A stretch of 64,000 bases of DNA. It comes from Narcine bancroftii. Taxonomy: Eukaryota. The DNA lies in the NCBI RefSeq assembly GCF_036971445.1, contig NC_091482.1:8742001-8806000 (forward strand), in the 5' to 3' direction. The position numbers and the translations under genes were made by a program. The notes under the pieces are model-generated. The model was not told the origin of the DNA, ran no database searches, and worked only from the letters and a program-made list of their open reading frames with translations. The first letter of the stretch is position 1. Each line of letters starts with the position of its first letter. Positions 50,140 to 63,397 of the stretch are shown piece after piece.

Positions 50140-50958
50140 AGTTAAATGTGGATAAATGTGAGGTTATCCACTTTGGTAATACAAACCGGAGGGCAGATTA
50201 CTATTTGAATGGCAATACATTAAGAGATGGGGAAGTGCAGAGAGACCTAGGGGTACTTGTACATCAGTCTCTGAAGGCGAGCATGCAGGTACAGCAGGTG
50301 GTTAAAAAGGCAAATGGTATGTTGGCCTTCATATCAAGAGGGTTTGAGTCTAGGAACAAGGATACCTTACTGCAGCTGTACAGGGCCTTGGTGAGACCCC
50401 ACCTGGAGTACTGTGTGCAGTTTTGGCCACCTTATCTAAGGAAGGATGTTCTTGCAATGGAGGGAGTGCAGAGGCGATTCACCAGGCTGATCCATGGAAT
50501 GGCAGGAATGACTTGTGAGGAAAGATTGTGCAAATTGGGATTGTACTCGCTGGAGTTCAGAAGATTGAGAGGGGATCTCATAGAGACCTATAAAATTCTG
50601 GCAGGACTGGACAGAATGGATGCAGATGGGATGTTTCCAATGGTGGGAAAATCCAGAACCCGGGGCCATGGTTTGAGGATAATAGGCAAACCATTTAGGA
50701 CTGAGATGAGGAGGAATTTCTTTACCCAGAGGGTGGTGAATCTGTGGAATTCATTGCCACAGAGGGCAGTAGAGGCAGGTTCATTAAATCTATTTAAGAG
50801 GGAATTAGATCTATTTCTTCAGTATAAGGGTATTAAAGGTTACGGAGAGAAGGCGGGGATGGGGTACTGAACTTTAAGATCAGCCACTGTCTCGTTGAAT
50901 GGCGGAGCAGGCTCGAAGGGTCGAATGACCTACTCCTGCTCCTATCTTCTATGTTTCT
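50140..50958 (+). mobile_element. Young 5'-truncated CR1 LINE with uninterrupted ORF2 C-terminus, inserted in a Penelope terminal-repeat fragment
   Basis: LNVDKCEVIHFG...QRDLGVLV...LYRALVRPHLEYCVQFW...FFTQRVVNLWNSLP without stops; ctatcttctatgtttcta tail; Penelope-like sequence resumes on both sides. Confidence 0.95.
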
Positions 50959-52589
50959 AAGAGGTAAAGATGCATGACCAACATTTTAGGCCTGAGCCCT
51001 TCTTCAAGGTCTGGGTAAAAAGCAGGCAAGTGGCCAAATTAAACATAAAAATTATAAACTATGAATTGAAAAGCAGTAGATTCATTTAGGTTGTTTCTAG
51101 TGTGGAATAGGTAATCAAGGAGATTAAGGAAATTCATGGGAGGTTGCCAATAATAAAAACAATTTTTTATAAAAACCCGATGTGATGAAAAAGCACAAAA
51201 AAATGACTAAGCTACACAGATCTGAATAAAAATTACAACTGCCTTAACAAATTTGAATTTGTATTTTTCATTCCTTCTTTGGACTAAATTGTAAAGCTAT
51301 CAGTAATATGGCATGAAAATAACAATGTCAAGGAAAGGAATCTAGCATAATTACTCCGTCTGCCCTAAGCAATAAGAATGACCCTCAAGAGTTTGGAATG
51401 GCCTAACAAGTTACTCAGTGACAAAGGATTGATAACATGACACCTCACAAAGCAATACCGCAGCCATTTTGCCATTTAGGTTTCACATACAGCAAGGGTG
51501 TGCAATGTTCAACGAGTCAGTTACTGTGGTATCACTTTAGCAAAAAACTCCAGGTGGGGCATTGGATCCCAAAAGCATGTTTTCCTATTTGAACAACTGA
51601 TCTGATAGGAAGGGACCAAGTTACTTGTCATTTTACACAAGTCAAAGAGCAAAAACGTTTGTTAAAGCATGGGCAAATAATTGATAATCGTATTTTTACT
51701 GAAGTACATCTCTTTTCATCGGTATATTTAGACTCTTTTATATCTATGGCATAAAGATTTTGCATGTCCCCACATCCCCCTACCAACTGACACCCCACCA
51801 CCATTATTCCCCCCACCACCCCAAGCATCACTAATTCTGTAAAGATCTATTCGCTTAATCAATCCAAGCAGAACAAGAGTGGCTGGGCTGACGTTATTTC
51901 TCCCTATCACGTAAAACTCTTCCTCAAGTGCAATTTACTTGAATTAATCTGACATAGTTCTGGTTTCCCAGATCAGGAGGTGCTTTATTCAGCTCCCTGA
52001 AGGAAAGGATACTTTATTACACATTGATTCAAGCAGCAGAAGCTTTCCCACAACTGCAATAAAAGGTAATATCCTGGTGCTCATCATTAAGCACAATTTC
52101 CTGCCAAAGGTTGCAAACTTGCACTACGAATGTTGGGGAGTTTGTGACATCTCTGAGGGAGGGAATTAATAGGCGCTACTGTAGGTTGACACCGGACAAC
52201 ATTCAGGACTGATGTCATGTGTAGGATCAATACCTGTCTCTTTTTAATTTCAACCATAGATTTTGTAATTAGGAATTGTCCTTAGTTTTTTTGTTGACAA
52301 TATGCTTTTTTAATTTCTTTTTTTGAGTTTATGCTCATAATACTGTTAATGTGAAGTATCAGTAAAATGTTATTGATATGTATAAAATAGAAAATAAAGC
52401 TGATACAGTTCTGCCTTTCCTGGTCATTTCCAAGAGGAAAGGTGTAATTACTGTTGAATGTAGTTGTAAGTTTTGAGGAATGAGATATATTCTCGGGGGA
52501 TTTTTCAACTACCCTGCAATAATTTCATGTTAATTTTTTCCTTTTTATCTCCATCCCTCAGAGTCCACAAGTTTTCATGTGACCAATTG

Positions 52590-52985
52590 GGGCGGAACAG
52601 TTTGCGCAGCAGTTAGCGCAATGCCATTAAAGTACAAGCAATTGGATCCAGTGTTCAAATTCCCCATTGTCTGTAAAGAGTTTGTATGTTCACCACGCAT
52701 CTGTGTGAGTTTTCCACGAGAGTTCAAAATGTAGTGGGGGCTTGTAGGTTAATGCGGCCCGGGCTCGTGGGCCAAAATGTCCTGTTACTGTGCTGTAGGC
52801 CTAAAAAAAAATCAATCTACTTACCCTGTACATTTTGAACGGTGGGAGGAAACTGGAGTACCCAGAGAAAACCCACGCAGACGTAGGGAGAATCCACAAA
52901 CACCTTGCAGATGGCACCAAATTCAAACCTGGGTCACTGGCGCTGTACTTAATAGCTTTGTGCTACTGCTATGCTAACCAGGCCA
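52590..52985. mobile_element. Two SINEs tail-to-tail (52590-52802 +, 52812-52985 -); a further copy at 53226-53425 (-)
   Basis: Same SINE family motifs in opposite orientations. Confidence 0.85.
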
Positions 52986-54775
52986 CCTATGAGAGGATCT
53001 TCAGAAAATTAGTTAGTTGAAGATAGTTCGAAGATTTTATTTCTGTATATCCCTAACAATATGAAAAGTGCATCATTTGTAAAGATTTATCAGTCCTTCA
53101 CAGGAACCCATTGAGAGGGAGATGAAAGAAAGTTATGTAAAAGCTGTGAATTGCAGGAGAGAGAAAAACTATAAGTTGACCTAAGGTAACTCTGATCATT
53201 TCTGTTAAAGAGAAAACAAGTTACCCACAAGCCTGCGCTGCCCAAATACCCCAATTAACCAATGACTCTGGTATGTATTGAAAGGTGGGAGGAAACCGGA
53301 GCACCAGGAGGAAACCCAGGCAGATACAGGGAGAACGTGCAAACTCCTGACAGGCAGTGGCGGGTATGTACCCAGGTTGCTGGTGCTATAGTAGCACTGC
53401 GCTAACGACTTCGCCAGCCACGCCATCCCGCCATGCCTCACCGTGCTGACCAGAATTGTAGAATTTGATCATTGTATTTGGAAGGTTTCACTGTGCCCAG
53501 ATGGAAGAAGAGGTTCTGTTTCACCAATTTACATCCCTTTGAATAAATAACAAGCCAAGATCTCTTGCTTCTTCTGGGATTGTATAAGGTATCTCCACAT
53601 GTTAACATTTTCAGAGGATGATAATCATTTGTTATTTTCCAACATATTTTACATAAGTATTTAGGGGCCATTAATGCCCCAAACCCACAGGGAAAGAAAT
53701 GTTAGATGTTTGGGAGGAAACTGGTTTACTTTCCTTGAAACAGAACCCTTAATGCAAGATTGAAAAGCATTACTTGTACATTTGTGGTTAAAACTATATG
53801 GAAAACTTTTGAACTAATTGTAAAGCATTTTTGCATTGACTGGGACTGGTGTGATTGTTAGTAGACTAATAACCTGGAAATCTATTGCAGTAATTGGCAA
53901 ATAGGCTCTCAGTTTGTAGAATTAAAGATAATTTGTTTTAAAAACTGTGACAAAAAGCTATGGGGTTGCCCTAACATGGTCCACTGGCTTACTAATGACT
54001 TGCCATTTATTTGCCTTGATTCTGATTCCTGCCCTGTAGTGACATAGCTCCAGGAACCTCTGTTCAATCCTGACCTCCCAGTGACCAGTATCAAGTCTTC
54101 TTACTCCTAGAGAGGGTAGACGTAGACTGGTTGTTTCGCATGGTGGGAGAGAATATGACAAAAGGACACAACCTCAGGATTGAAGGGCCTCCACAGAACA
54201 GAGATGTGTCGGAGTTTCTTCAGCCAGGGAAAATAGTGAATAGGTGGAATTGTAGTGAATAGGTGGAATAGTGAATAGGTGAAACAGGCAGTTGTGGAGG
54301 CCAGGCCATTGGGCAGAGATTCATAGGTTCTCGATTAGCCAGGGCATCAAAGGCTATGGAGAGAAGGCTGGGCAGTAGGGCTGAGTGGTGAAATGGATCA
54401 GCTCATGATTAAATGGTGGGGTAGACTCGATGGGTTGAATATTTTATTTATGCTCCTATGTCTTATGCTGCCAGTGACCGTATGGTGCTTGTATTTCCTT
54501 CCACATCCCAGGGCGTGCAGGTTGGTTAACTGGCCACTGTAAATTGTGGTGAGCAGTAGAATCTTGTGTGGGCAAAGAATTGAAAGAAATATGAAGGGAT
54601 TAAGTCACACAAAACAATCCAGAGGAAATGTCATTGGTTCATTAGCTGGAATAGACTTGAAGGCCTTCCTGTGAGGAAGTACAAAATGCCCATGTAATGA
54701 GACTCAACTGTGAATAATTTTCCAAATCACTCAATATCATACCAAGGCAATGTAAACTTGTGGATTGTACTATCA

Positions 54776-55132
54776 CAGTAGTTTTCAACCTTTTTCTTTC
54801 CACTTACATACCAATTTAAGTAAACATATGCCAGAGGTGCTCTGTGATTACTCAAAGTAGTACATGAGTGGAAAGAAAAAGGTTGAAAACCACTGTTTTA
54901 ATCGTCCCTAATTGACTCGTTATGTGCACGGTTTTATAACTCCAAAGGAAATGGGCCAATGACAATTTTTCTCAAGCAAAATATTTCAGTAACTATTGGG
55001 TCAAGAGTAGTGGTTCTCAACCTTCCCTTTCCACTCACATACCACCTTAAGTAATCCCTTACTTATGCACTGATGGCATAGGGATTACTTAAGGTGGAAT
55101 GTGAGTGGAAAGAAAAAGTTTGAAAACCACTA
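54776..55132 (+). mobile_element. Compound hAT MITE copy
   Basis: Arm-core-arm; TSD tactatca / cattatca (6 of 8). Confidence 0.9.
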
Positions 55133-55239
55133 CATTATCACTACCTTGCATTATTGAAGAATGCTGGGTTTGGCAATGATGCCAATATTTGAAAAATGAA
55201 TTGAGTTGAGAGAAAATTTAAAAATTTTCATGAATATGT

Positions 55240-55538
55240 TGTCGTGGCCCACGTGCAGAAACACGGACCAGCCCGCAAAATGGCCGACGACCGCACGGAT
55301 CTGGTTGGGGGGGGGGGTTGACACCATCCGTCGTCCCAGGTGACCTCCGCACGGCAGGAAGATGGGAAACTGGCAGGAATGCCAGCCAATCCCAGGCCAG
55401 TGCTCCAATGACAAAGCCCTGACGTTAGTGCCTGGGGCCCATATAAGCATGACGACCAGAGCAATAAACCAGTTTCATTTTCTAAGACTTTGGTCTGGGT
55501 GTCGCTCTCCTCCATGCTTGCGTAGCACAAACACTACA
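55240..55538 (+). mobile_element. Solo LTR (299 bp), Gypsy-like
   Basis: tgtcgtg...cactaca ends, TSD atgt/atgg, TATA-like atataa at 55441, AATAAA 55463-55468, CpG-rich. Confidence 0.85.
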
Positions 55539-58500
55539 ATGGTGTAATATTTCAGACAGTTTGGTATCAATCTTCAGCAATCCCTACTTTGCTATCTCGT
55601 TGTTGGGGGAAGGCTGTAGTGTTTTCTGGTACCTTTACTTGGAGGGTGGAATATTATCCCAACAAACATAGGTTTTAGGAGAGAAGTGCCAGTTGAGATA
55701 GTTAATTATTATTTTGACTATAATTACAGAAACATTGTTCAAACATTTTTAATTGTGGTACATATAGTTTTTAATAAAAACTCCTCATGTCCTGATCCAT
55801 AGTTTGTAGTAAATGCACCTCAAATAATTATGTTCATCGTTTGTATCACAACAAAGCAAACATAACTCAATGTCTTGGAAACCTTTTGAGTGATATGGAG
55901 CCCTCCCTGCACCTGCATATTAATATCTAGAGCAAATATTTGCATCGGCTTATTATTTGATTGCTATTTAATGCTGCATTGCCTTGGTATTTGCCAACAG
56001 TTTAATGCATGCTGTAAACCTTCAGTAGTATCAGCAAGTGATGGGATATCAATTGGAGCTGCCTCACTTCATGGCATATTGTCTACCCACCCGTTATTCA
56101 GAGGGCAACCATGTTTTCTGTGGTATGATAATGAAAAGAATTCCATGTTTTGCAAATTCTGTTGATTAACTGGGATTAAGTGCACCTTAAGCAACAATTT
56201 ATTACTTTCATTGCTCCCTTACCTGAGAACTGCACAAGAAGGCATAGACTTTATAATTGACCTGAGGGAGCATTTTTTTTCCCCCCCTCAGAGGATGGTG
56301 GGTTTGCAGGATGAGCAGCCAGAGGAAGTGGTAGAGACAGGTACAACTTAAATGTTGAAAAAAAGTATTTGATAGGTACAAGAATAGAAAATGTTTGGAG
56401 GGGGAGAGAATACGTGGTTGTCAGGAGCTTGGTGGGCTTGGATTAGATAGGCCAAAGACCCTGCTTCCTTGCTGTAAAACTCAAAGAATTTGGAATAATG
56501 GCCCATCAAGATTGCTCTGCCATTCATTAAGATCATGGCTGATCTGATCTTTGGCTTCAACTCTGATTTCCTCAACACATTGGATTTTCCAGTTGTTAAA
56601 CATTCTGTCTTACCCTCGAATGTACCAAATAACTCAGCAACCACAACTTCTGGAGCAAAGAATTCCAAGATTAACAATCTTTCAAGAGCAATACCTCCAA
56701 ATCTTGTTGAAGTCTGTCACTCTGGCACATGGCACTTAGAAATTTATGAAGACAGTGTGCTGGAGAAGCTCAGCAGGTCACATAGTGTCCTTTGTATGGC
56801 ATCAAAGGTTATGGGAAGAAGGCAGGAGAATGGGGTTGAAAGGAAAAATAAATCAGTCATGATTTGAATGATAGAGCAGACTCGATGGGATGAATGTCTT
56901 AATTCTTATGGTTTGATGTGATGGTGTACATTTCCTTGTGAGCCACAAGGATTTGCTGTCTCTTCTCCACTTGCTTGATATACCCTGAGGTCTTCACAAG
57001 TGCATCCGATGACTCAGCTTCTTCACATCTGTATTCTGCAGTCATCAAAACTTGAAGCAGGATTTTCTCCAGTTTAATGCCACAGCATCTAAAGCTACCC
57101 TTAGCTTCTGTCAATACCATTGTTCCACACTGCCGTCTTTATTGATTTCTACAGCTGCTACGCAGGGTTCAGAATTTAATCCTCATTTCTCGGAGCATTT
57201 TACTTATCCAATTGATTGTGGATGCACATCTTCAACGGTTTCCCCTCTTTTCCAACCGTACTGCACTGTATTAATCATTCATGACTTCACCTCCATAGTT
57301 ACAATGTATTAATTCCTTGATCCTTTCTCCACCATAACCCTTCTAAAGACATCCACTTGTAGTTCTATTGACCCATTGAAGTCAATATTGTCTTTCCACC
57401 ATTCACTGCCTCCATATGTCACCTTTCTGGGCCCGGTCCACTTTACCTATCTCATTCTGCCTTGCATACCCATCTTTTATCAGATGTTGGGTCACTTCCC
57501 ACCCAGTCCACTGTACAGCTCTTGTTCTGTGATTTCCCCATTATCATCTTTGTCTAAGCTTTGGTGTGGGGTTGGCGGGGGGGGGGGGGGGGGGGGGTGC
57601 TTGATGGGGAAAGTAAATTCCATTACCTATGGGTGAACAGAAAGCCCTGTATCTCTCTCCTTGTTATGTCCAATCTTGACGTACCTTCTGCAATGAAGAC
57701 TGCAGAAAGCTAGTTAATATTAGCAAGGTGCTGTGTCTATCAGTAATTTGATTTTTGACTTGGAGGATTTCCTGTTGGGGAGTGATACAAGGCAGAGAAG
57801 AAGGATTAGTAAATGAGTGGCAGTCCATCACATGAAATGAGCAAATGGGTTAAGCAAAACACTGGAAAAGTATTTGAAAGCTTTGGCTGAGGAATTATTC
57901 TGTTGAAAGTCAACATGGTTGCACTGAACTTTTTATGAAAATTGGAGTTTAATTTAAAGATGCTAAGTGTAGAAGAGCATTCAGTGTCAAGTACTGACTG
58001 CCACACAATAATTGGGCAGGAAATGCAATGCATGAAATTCCCTTATAAATGTTAACCCATTGACACATTTGTTCATAATGCATGGTAGGATTTCAACCCA
58101 ATGTTTCCTGAAAGCAAATTACAAGAGCAGATTTAAGATTGTTGTTTTGCCAAATGGAAAAGCACTTAATGCCATCAAGAAAAGAGAGAATTTCTAATTA
58201 ACTATCAAAGGTGGGGGTGGGGTGCTCATATCCGATGGCTTTTGCTTCCTCAACAGTTGTGCAGCTAATGATTAGAAAGGGGTTTCAGTTTTTTAAAAAA
58301 AACAATGCAGCGAGGTTTGTCAATATCAAATGCCAGAAGGTGTTGTGAGAGAGAGAGAGAAGGCTTTAAAGGAGATGTCTGAGGCAAATTTATTTAGCCA
58401 GTGATTGCTGCTTGGAACCCACTGTGAAGGGGGGTGGCAGAAGTAGATATGACAGCAGCACTTAAAAGGAGCTCAGGAGGGTGAATGGGGAATTGAGGGG

Positions 58501-58875
58501 GGATGGACCAAGTGCACAGTCATAAAACTAAAACTGGATGGCTGTGAGGAAATTGGACTGATGGGAGCCCCCTTCTGGCAGCTAGCGTGGATTAAGTTGG
58601 CTAAGCAATTGTCTCTTGAGCCATAACAATTCTAGGCAAATCATCGGATGCAAATCCTAGGACATCTGAGTCTTGTTGAATGGTACATCAAGGTTGCAAT
58701 TATAATTGACTTTGTAGCATCATTGAACTGTTAAAGCCCAATAAGAGATCATTTGGCTCATCATTCTCTGCTGCTCCCCTAGGGGGTACTAATTTTAATC
58801 GATCCCACAGCCAGGCAAATTATTTTCATGTAAGAGCCTAACAAGTTCACTTCTGGTAGCCGCATTGATCTAGAT

Positions 58876-59528
58876 CAGTGCCTTTTTTATGCCCTGCACC
58901 CCTAAAAAATTTTAATGTTCTCGCACCCCTTAAAGTATTAATTTATTTAAGAATAAAGGTGAAGGTGACCAAAACAAATTTGTATAATCAATTTTTAATA
59001 ATATATTAAACAAAAATGAAACATATGGAAAAGAAAAAATATTACAACAAATTAAAAGTTGCATAAACCTTACAAAAAAATTAAATTTTCATCCATGCAA
59101 AAAATTTCTATTAAAAAAATTAAAGCCAATTTAAATTTAATGACTCTTTTGTTCCTGTTTATTGCTTAAGAGTTTTTCAAAACGTGGCACCTTGTTGCTG
59201 ATACCAATCTGCGTGTCTGCCTGTGCACCCAAGTGATCTCTTGATTTTGTCTTGATTGACAAAAGGGCCCTAAATCCAGACTCGCAGAAGTACGTCGTCG
59301 CGAAGGGGATGAGCACGGTTAGAGCTTCTTCACAAAGTCTTGGAAACATGTCCATTGCCGAACGCCAATCTTGTTCCAAAGTTTGGCTTTCAAACTGCAT
59401 TTCAAGAACACAATTTGTGCGCAGTTCAATAAGATCTTCCTTCAGCTCTTCATCATCCGACATATTATCCAAATTGAAGGACTGCACCCCCTGGAATGCT
59501 ATCTCGCACCCCTGGTTGGGAAACCCTG
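58876..59528 (-). mobile_element. Internally deleted hAT (Charlie/Buster-like) transposon retaining the transposase C-terminal dimerization domain
   Basis: ORF 59137-59649: ...LIPFATTYFCESGFRALLSIKTKSR...PRFEKLLSNKQEQKSH; CAG termini; TSD atctagat / ctctagat (NTCTAGAN target). Confidence 0.92.
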
Positions 59529-60230
59529 CTCTAGATTTTCTTTGGCTGCTCCATTCTTGCTGGCAGTGTTTCAGATCATAACTGCTCAAAAGAGCACATT
59601 TATTACAAAGCATTGGTGAGACTTGCATCCACATAATCTGGAAGTGCATCTACAAGATGAGTTATTAACATGACTTATTCAGTGCCCTAGAAATTCTGGA
59701 GGATACCATCTTAAATCATTTAGTCAATAGATGATTTAAAAGGGATTTTGTGGTCTGTTTGATTGCTTAGATGCAAGTTCCAAATTTTAAGTGGTTTGCT
59801 TTTCCCAAGCATTTGGAAAAACAAACATTCTTGCAGACAGAATGTCCAGAGATCCTTGTTGATATACTGAATGTGATTGATTAGCTGCAGTTGTGTGGAT
59901 GTTTATAGCTGTAACACGCATTGTCTAACTTGCAGCCACACCAACTTTATATGTAGTATGTGCATGTAGCCAAAAAGAGCTAATTCTATTAAAATCTATG
60001 TTCTGCACACATTAGGCTACTTCAATTAATTTAAAATTGCACTATTAATTTTAGACTGCATGCCATGAACATATTTTAATATACAATTAAAAATCCTTGG
60101 TATCCAGCAGGGTTTGTAGATGGGATGGTGGATAGGTAAATTTGCCAGTTGCTTGAGATTGTGTGTGGTGTAATTTGCAAACTGACTGCTAGGGGCACTA
60201 ATTTTAAACTTTAGTATTTTTTACCCATTT

Positions 60231-60379
60231 AAACATAGAAATATAGAAGATAGGAGCAGGAGTAGGTCATTCGACCCTTCGAGCCTGCTCCGCCATTCAA
60301 CGAGATCATGGCTGATCTTAAAGTTCAGTATCCCGTGCCCGCCTTCTCTCCGTAACCTTTAATACCCTTATACTGAAGA
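60231..60379 (-). mobile_element. Short CR1 3' end nearly identical to 50815-50958, nested in an older TA-flanked MITE (~60084-60437)
   Basis: Reverse complement match; host element ends ggggattttactg-ta. Confidence 0.85.
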
Positions 60380-61011
60380 TTATTTTCCACAAATTTTTTG
60401 CCGGTTGCTTGAATTCCAGATTATGGGGATTTTACTGTAGTTTAAGCACCATTTTAAAAAGCAAATTCTATTGGACTGTTGTCTTAATTGTTTTGCCATT
60501 TCAAACTTCATGGATGGGGAAGGAAAGTTTAATGAAACAATTTTCTGAAAACAAAACAGGCCCTCTATTTTAGTTTGTTATGTATCGTAATTACTTATCA
60601 CGATATTATCCTCACCATCTCTGCGATGTCTGCCACAGAAAAGGCTGTGTTCCAATTTCTTTCCTGCAACGGCATACCACAATTTCAGCTATGGTCCATT
60701 GATTTAGAATGAGATCAGTCCCAAAATGTTCAGTTTGTTGCAATGTATTCCAACAGGTGAGAGAGATTTCTGGTCTCAGCTGATTGGGACCAGCTTTGGG
60801 GTAGTCTGCACAACTAACTTCAATTGCAGCAAATGGAGGCCAGACCTTTCTTCCTGTTGTGTCTTGAGTTAAATAAAACAAATTATTTGACCAATAATGT
60901 ATGTACTATGACGAACTTGTACTTGAAAATACTATGCCGTGAACTATGAATGTTATATACTATCTATGAACATTTTGAATGAATGTTATGTTTTTATGTT
61001 TGCCATTACAG

Positions 61012-61087
61012 GTGAAGCAAATCATGGAAGAAGCAGTCACCAGGAAATTTGTTCATGAAGACAGCAGCCACATTATTGGCTTGTGCA
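61012..61087 (+). CDS. SGSM2: SGSM2 (RUTBC1) coding exon 2, [25 protein letters not shown], 76 nt
   Basis: Matches the SGSM1/2 N-terminal region; HIIGLC is closer to SGSM2 (HIIALC) than SGSM1 (HIISFC); acceptor ttacag, donor gtaagt, phase 0 to 1. Paralog call rests on 25 residues. Confidence 0.85.
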
Positions 61088-62747
61088 GTAAGTTGCATTT
61101 AAGCCAACTCATTTGGGACAGAAAGTCTTGGTTAATGAAATACTGTGCGTTTATATGTATTGTGAAAGAATGCACATGTTTGCACTTGAATGTATACATT
61201 TCGCATGTAGTTCTGAAAGAATTTGTCAAAAACAGGTAGCATTTTCTATGAACCTAAAGTTTTATTGGCTGTGCAGTGCACAGTAATATTTTTTACTTGA
61301 TTAAGGATTTAGTACACAATGTGGAGGACAAGGCCAGAGAAAGGATATTAAATACATGAGACTGAGAAAATGAACAGAATAGAAGCAGAGTAATTTGGCT
61401 GAGTGGTCTGCTCTCACATCCATGTCACCAGGATGAAGCCACAAAACTTTGGGTGGGATTCGGTCACTTCACTAATGGTGTTGCTGGCTGCCTTGAATCT
61501 TGGTATGATTTCTTAGAAAACAACTTTCTTTAAGTGGTTAGTTCATGAAGGATCGTTATTCCCCCCCCCAGTTTGCATTCTTTCTCAAGGAGCCCTGGAC
61601 TGTGGTCGTGAGACTTCATCAGAATCAGACAATCATCACACGAGAGCGGTGCTGTTCTATCATCACACGAGAACGGTGCTGTTCTATCAGCGTTCAGCTT
61701 GCTTTCAATGGCAGGTGGTAGCGGATCATGCAGTGTGCACTTGGTTTCCTCAGACAATTCAGTGGGGGCTTTTCTACAAGAAGCAGAATTGATGGATCTG
61801 AGACATGAGGAGCACATTGAGGAACCTTGTTGTAAATAGTCTGTTGAGCATCAACACTTCATTGAACCTTCAGTTCAAACCATAGAACATTGCAGCATTG
61901 CACAGACCCTTCAGCCCACATACAACTATGTAAACCTACTCCACAACAATCTAATCCTTCCCTACATCACCCCTATACCCCTCTATTTTTGTTACATCCA
62001 TATGCTTAGCTAATGTCCCTATTTTACAAGCCTCCACCACCACCCTCTAGCATCCCTTATTGCCCTATTTTATTCCCTGATATTTCTGAATGTCTCTGGA
62101 TTCTAGATTTCAAAGACAAATCAACAGCTGTAATGAGTGATCTTGAAAAGCAGACTCTTGAGCGATAGATGGCTGGCTTTGACATCTCGGTTTGGGCACT
62201 CGACCTAATCCAACCAGGACAATGGTAAATTTGATAAGCAAAGAGCTGCTGGTGGAACTCGGTGGGGAAAACAGCATCCATGAGCAGAAATGTCAATCAC
62301 CGATTTGGTTCGGGACCTTTATCGTGACCTGAGATGTTGACTGACCATTTCTACCCATGGTTGTTGCCTGACCTGCTGAATTCCAACCACATGATTGAGA
62401 TTCCTCTGTGGTAAACTGGATGATGGTTTTCATTAATACATTCGTTTGGAATGTTAAAATCATCTGCAGAGCTGTATCTGGAGGAGGGTTGGCAGGGGAA
62501 AGGAGTTGTTAAGGTTTCTAATTATTTCAGTATTTCTTGCAAAGTTTTCAGTGGGACTTCGTTCCGTCACTCTTTTCAGAATGGGAAAGATATGAGTCTG
62601 ATTCCATTCATAATATGTCTATTTATTTGATGAAAAAGTCATCTTAATAATTCACACTCTATATGGTAAACTTCAGCCTCCTGCCCGAGAATCAACTGCA
62701 TTAGAGTTGGAATAAAACTATGGCCATCTGTCCCTAACCACGCTTTA

Positions 62748-63397
62748 TTTTTGAAAAATGTAGTTTGCAGATTAGAACCTGTCCTTTGTGTTGTCAGTGA
62801 TGGCTGATCAATCCAGTTGTCTGCCAGATGACATTTCTACAAGATCCCTTTGAATTTTAGTGTAAAAGGAAAATGCTTAGGTCCATAAGTTGATATGTCG
62901 ATGGGGAGGAATACAAAGCAATGTAAAATCACCTAGGGCAATGGTTCTGAAACGTTTTCTTTACATTCAGATACCACTTTAAATATTCCCTATGCCATAG
63001 GTGCTCTGTGATTCGTAAGGGATTACATAAGGTGGTCTGTGCGTGGAAAGAAAAAGTTTGAAAACCACTGTTTTAATCGTACCTAATTGACTTGTTATGA
63101 GCACGGTTTCACAACCAAAGGAAATGGGCCAGTGACAGTTTTTCTCAAGAAAAATATTTTGGTAACAATTGGGTCTAGAGCAGTGGTTCCCAACCTTCCC
63201 TTCCCACTCACATACCAATTTAAGTAATCTGGTTTACAAAAAGGTTTTCATCCTTGTTATAACCTATTCATCTTTCTTTTTGAAAAATGTAGTTTGCAGA
63301 TTAGAACCTGTCCTTTGTGTTGTCAGTGATGGCTGTTCTATCCAGTTGTCTGCCAGATGACATTTCTACAAGATCCCTTTGAATTTTAGTGTAAAAG
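62748..63397 (+). repeat. 121-bp direct repeats (62748-62868 and 63277-63397, 2 mismatches) enclosing a truncated compound hAT MITE (62939-~63228)
   Basis: Direct comparison of the two segments. Confidence 0.93.

Noticed and set aside
50097-50870. 257-aa ORF as a host gene
   Set aside because: CR1 ORF2 C-terminus fused by chance to an ATG in the flanking Penelope fragment.
59137-59649. Domesticated ZBED/SCAND-like gene
   Set aside because: Only the C-terminal domain is present, inside TIR/TSD boundaries; the ORF start lies outside the element.
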